Source: an uncultured Chloroflexia bacterium
Lineage (GTDB): Bacteria; Chloroflexota; Anaerolineae; Anaerolineales; UBA11858
Reading direction: 5' to 3'
DNA length: 64,000 nucleotides
Assembly (NCBI GenBank): GCA_963827805.1
Contig: CAWHCC010000002.1
Coordinates: 338,261 to 402,260 of the forward strand
A program made the translations under genes and the position numbers. Positions 63,621-64,000 of the stretch are shown in pieces. The number at the start of each line of letters is the position of its first letter. Position 1 is the stretch's first letter. The notes beneath the pieces are model-generated. The model saw only the letters and a list, made by a program, of their open reading frames with translations. It was not told the DNA's origin and ran no database searches.

Positions 63621-64000
63621 TAAAGTTCTTTCAAAACCCAACTCGTAAAACCATACTATTTATCTGGCTGGGCTGGGTTATTCTTATGCTGGTTTATCAA
63701 ATTTATGTTCCTGCGCGTTTGGAACTGGCCAGGCCGGATTATGCTCTCAACTGGACTGTTAACGAAACCAAGAAAGGCAGTCAGGATGGCAAGATTTATC
63801 TTAATGAACCATTTTTGAATCAACATGTCTCATGGGATTCTGAATATTATCTCGCCATCGCTGTGGGTGGTTATGAAGACCCTGGAATATCTCGGATTGG
63901 AACCTTGATCAACCCAGGCGGCGAGTTGGCTCGGCCAGGTTACTGGCCGTTTGTTATTCCACAAGGTGAAGCAGGTACGCTGGTAGGTATTTCAAAGAGT
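63617..64000 (+). CDS. GT-C fold glycosyltransferase, PIG-V-like (3'-truncated by window edge)
   Basis: Own translation from the ATG overlapping the previous stop: N-terminal TM then WDSEYYLAIAVGGY. Confidence 0.72.
   Translation, partial: MIKFFQNPTRKTILFIWLGWVILMLVYQIYVPARLELARPDYALNWTVNETKKGSQDGKIYLNEPFLNQHVSWDSEYYLAIAVGGYEDPGISRIGTLINPGGELARPGYWPFVIPQGEAGTLVGISKS

Overview
64 kb of bacterial chromosome, mostly core genes. Gene content and intergenic style suggest Chloroflexota/Anaerolineae (inference, not tested). In order it holds: the 3' end of an A2-type cytochrome c oxidase cluster with SURF1 and a fused heme A/heme O synthase; three tandem Tat-exported L,D-transpeptidases; ChlI-like ATPase, URO-D-like enzyme and rsmD; fba; a repeat-rich surface lipoprotein; an FHA-wHTH regulator facing a Ser/Thr kinase; a GH3 membrane protein; recJ; yvcK; a dual-HTH MerR with an ABC-2 exporter; yebC-ruvC-(DUF4010)-ruvA-proC; an F1-only atpAGDC block followed by a divergent mreB; rex, obgE, nadD; a YcaQ-like glycosylase; one complete IS with TIRs and a target duplication; and a sugar-ABC permease pair with a GT-C glycosyltransferase. 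About 13 genes, including atpA, obgE and recJ, are broken by short indels mostly in base runs, which is most consistent with long-read assembly error. The most unusual items are the lipoprotein with 15-aa repeats, an autocleaving S74 chaperone and a C-terminal TM (MYRF-like layout), the dual MerR with an in-frame TAG and paired operator-like repeats, the MreB paralog with altered ATPase residues, and the IS. No rRNA, tRNA or CRISPR array was seen.
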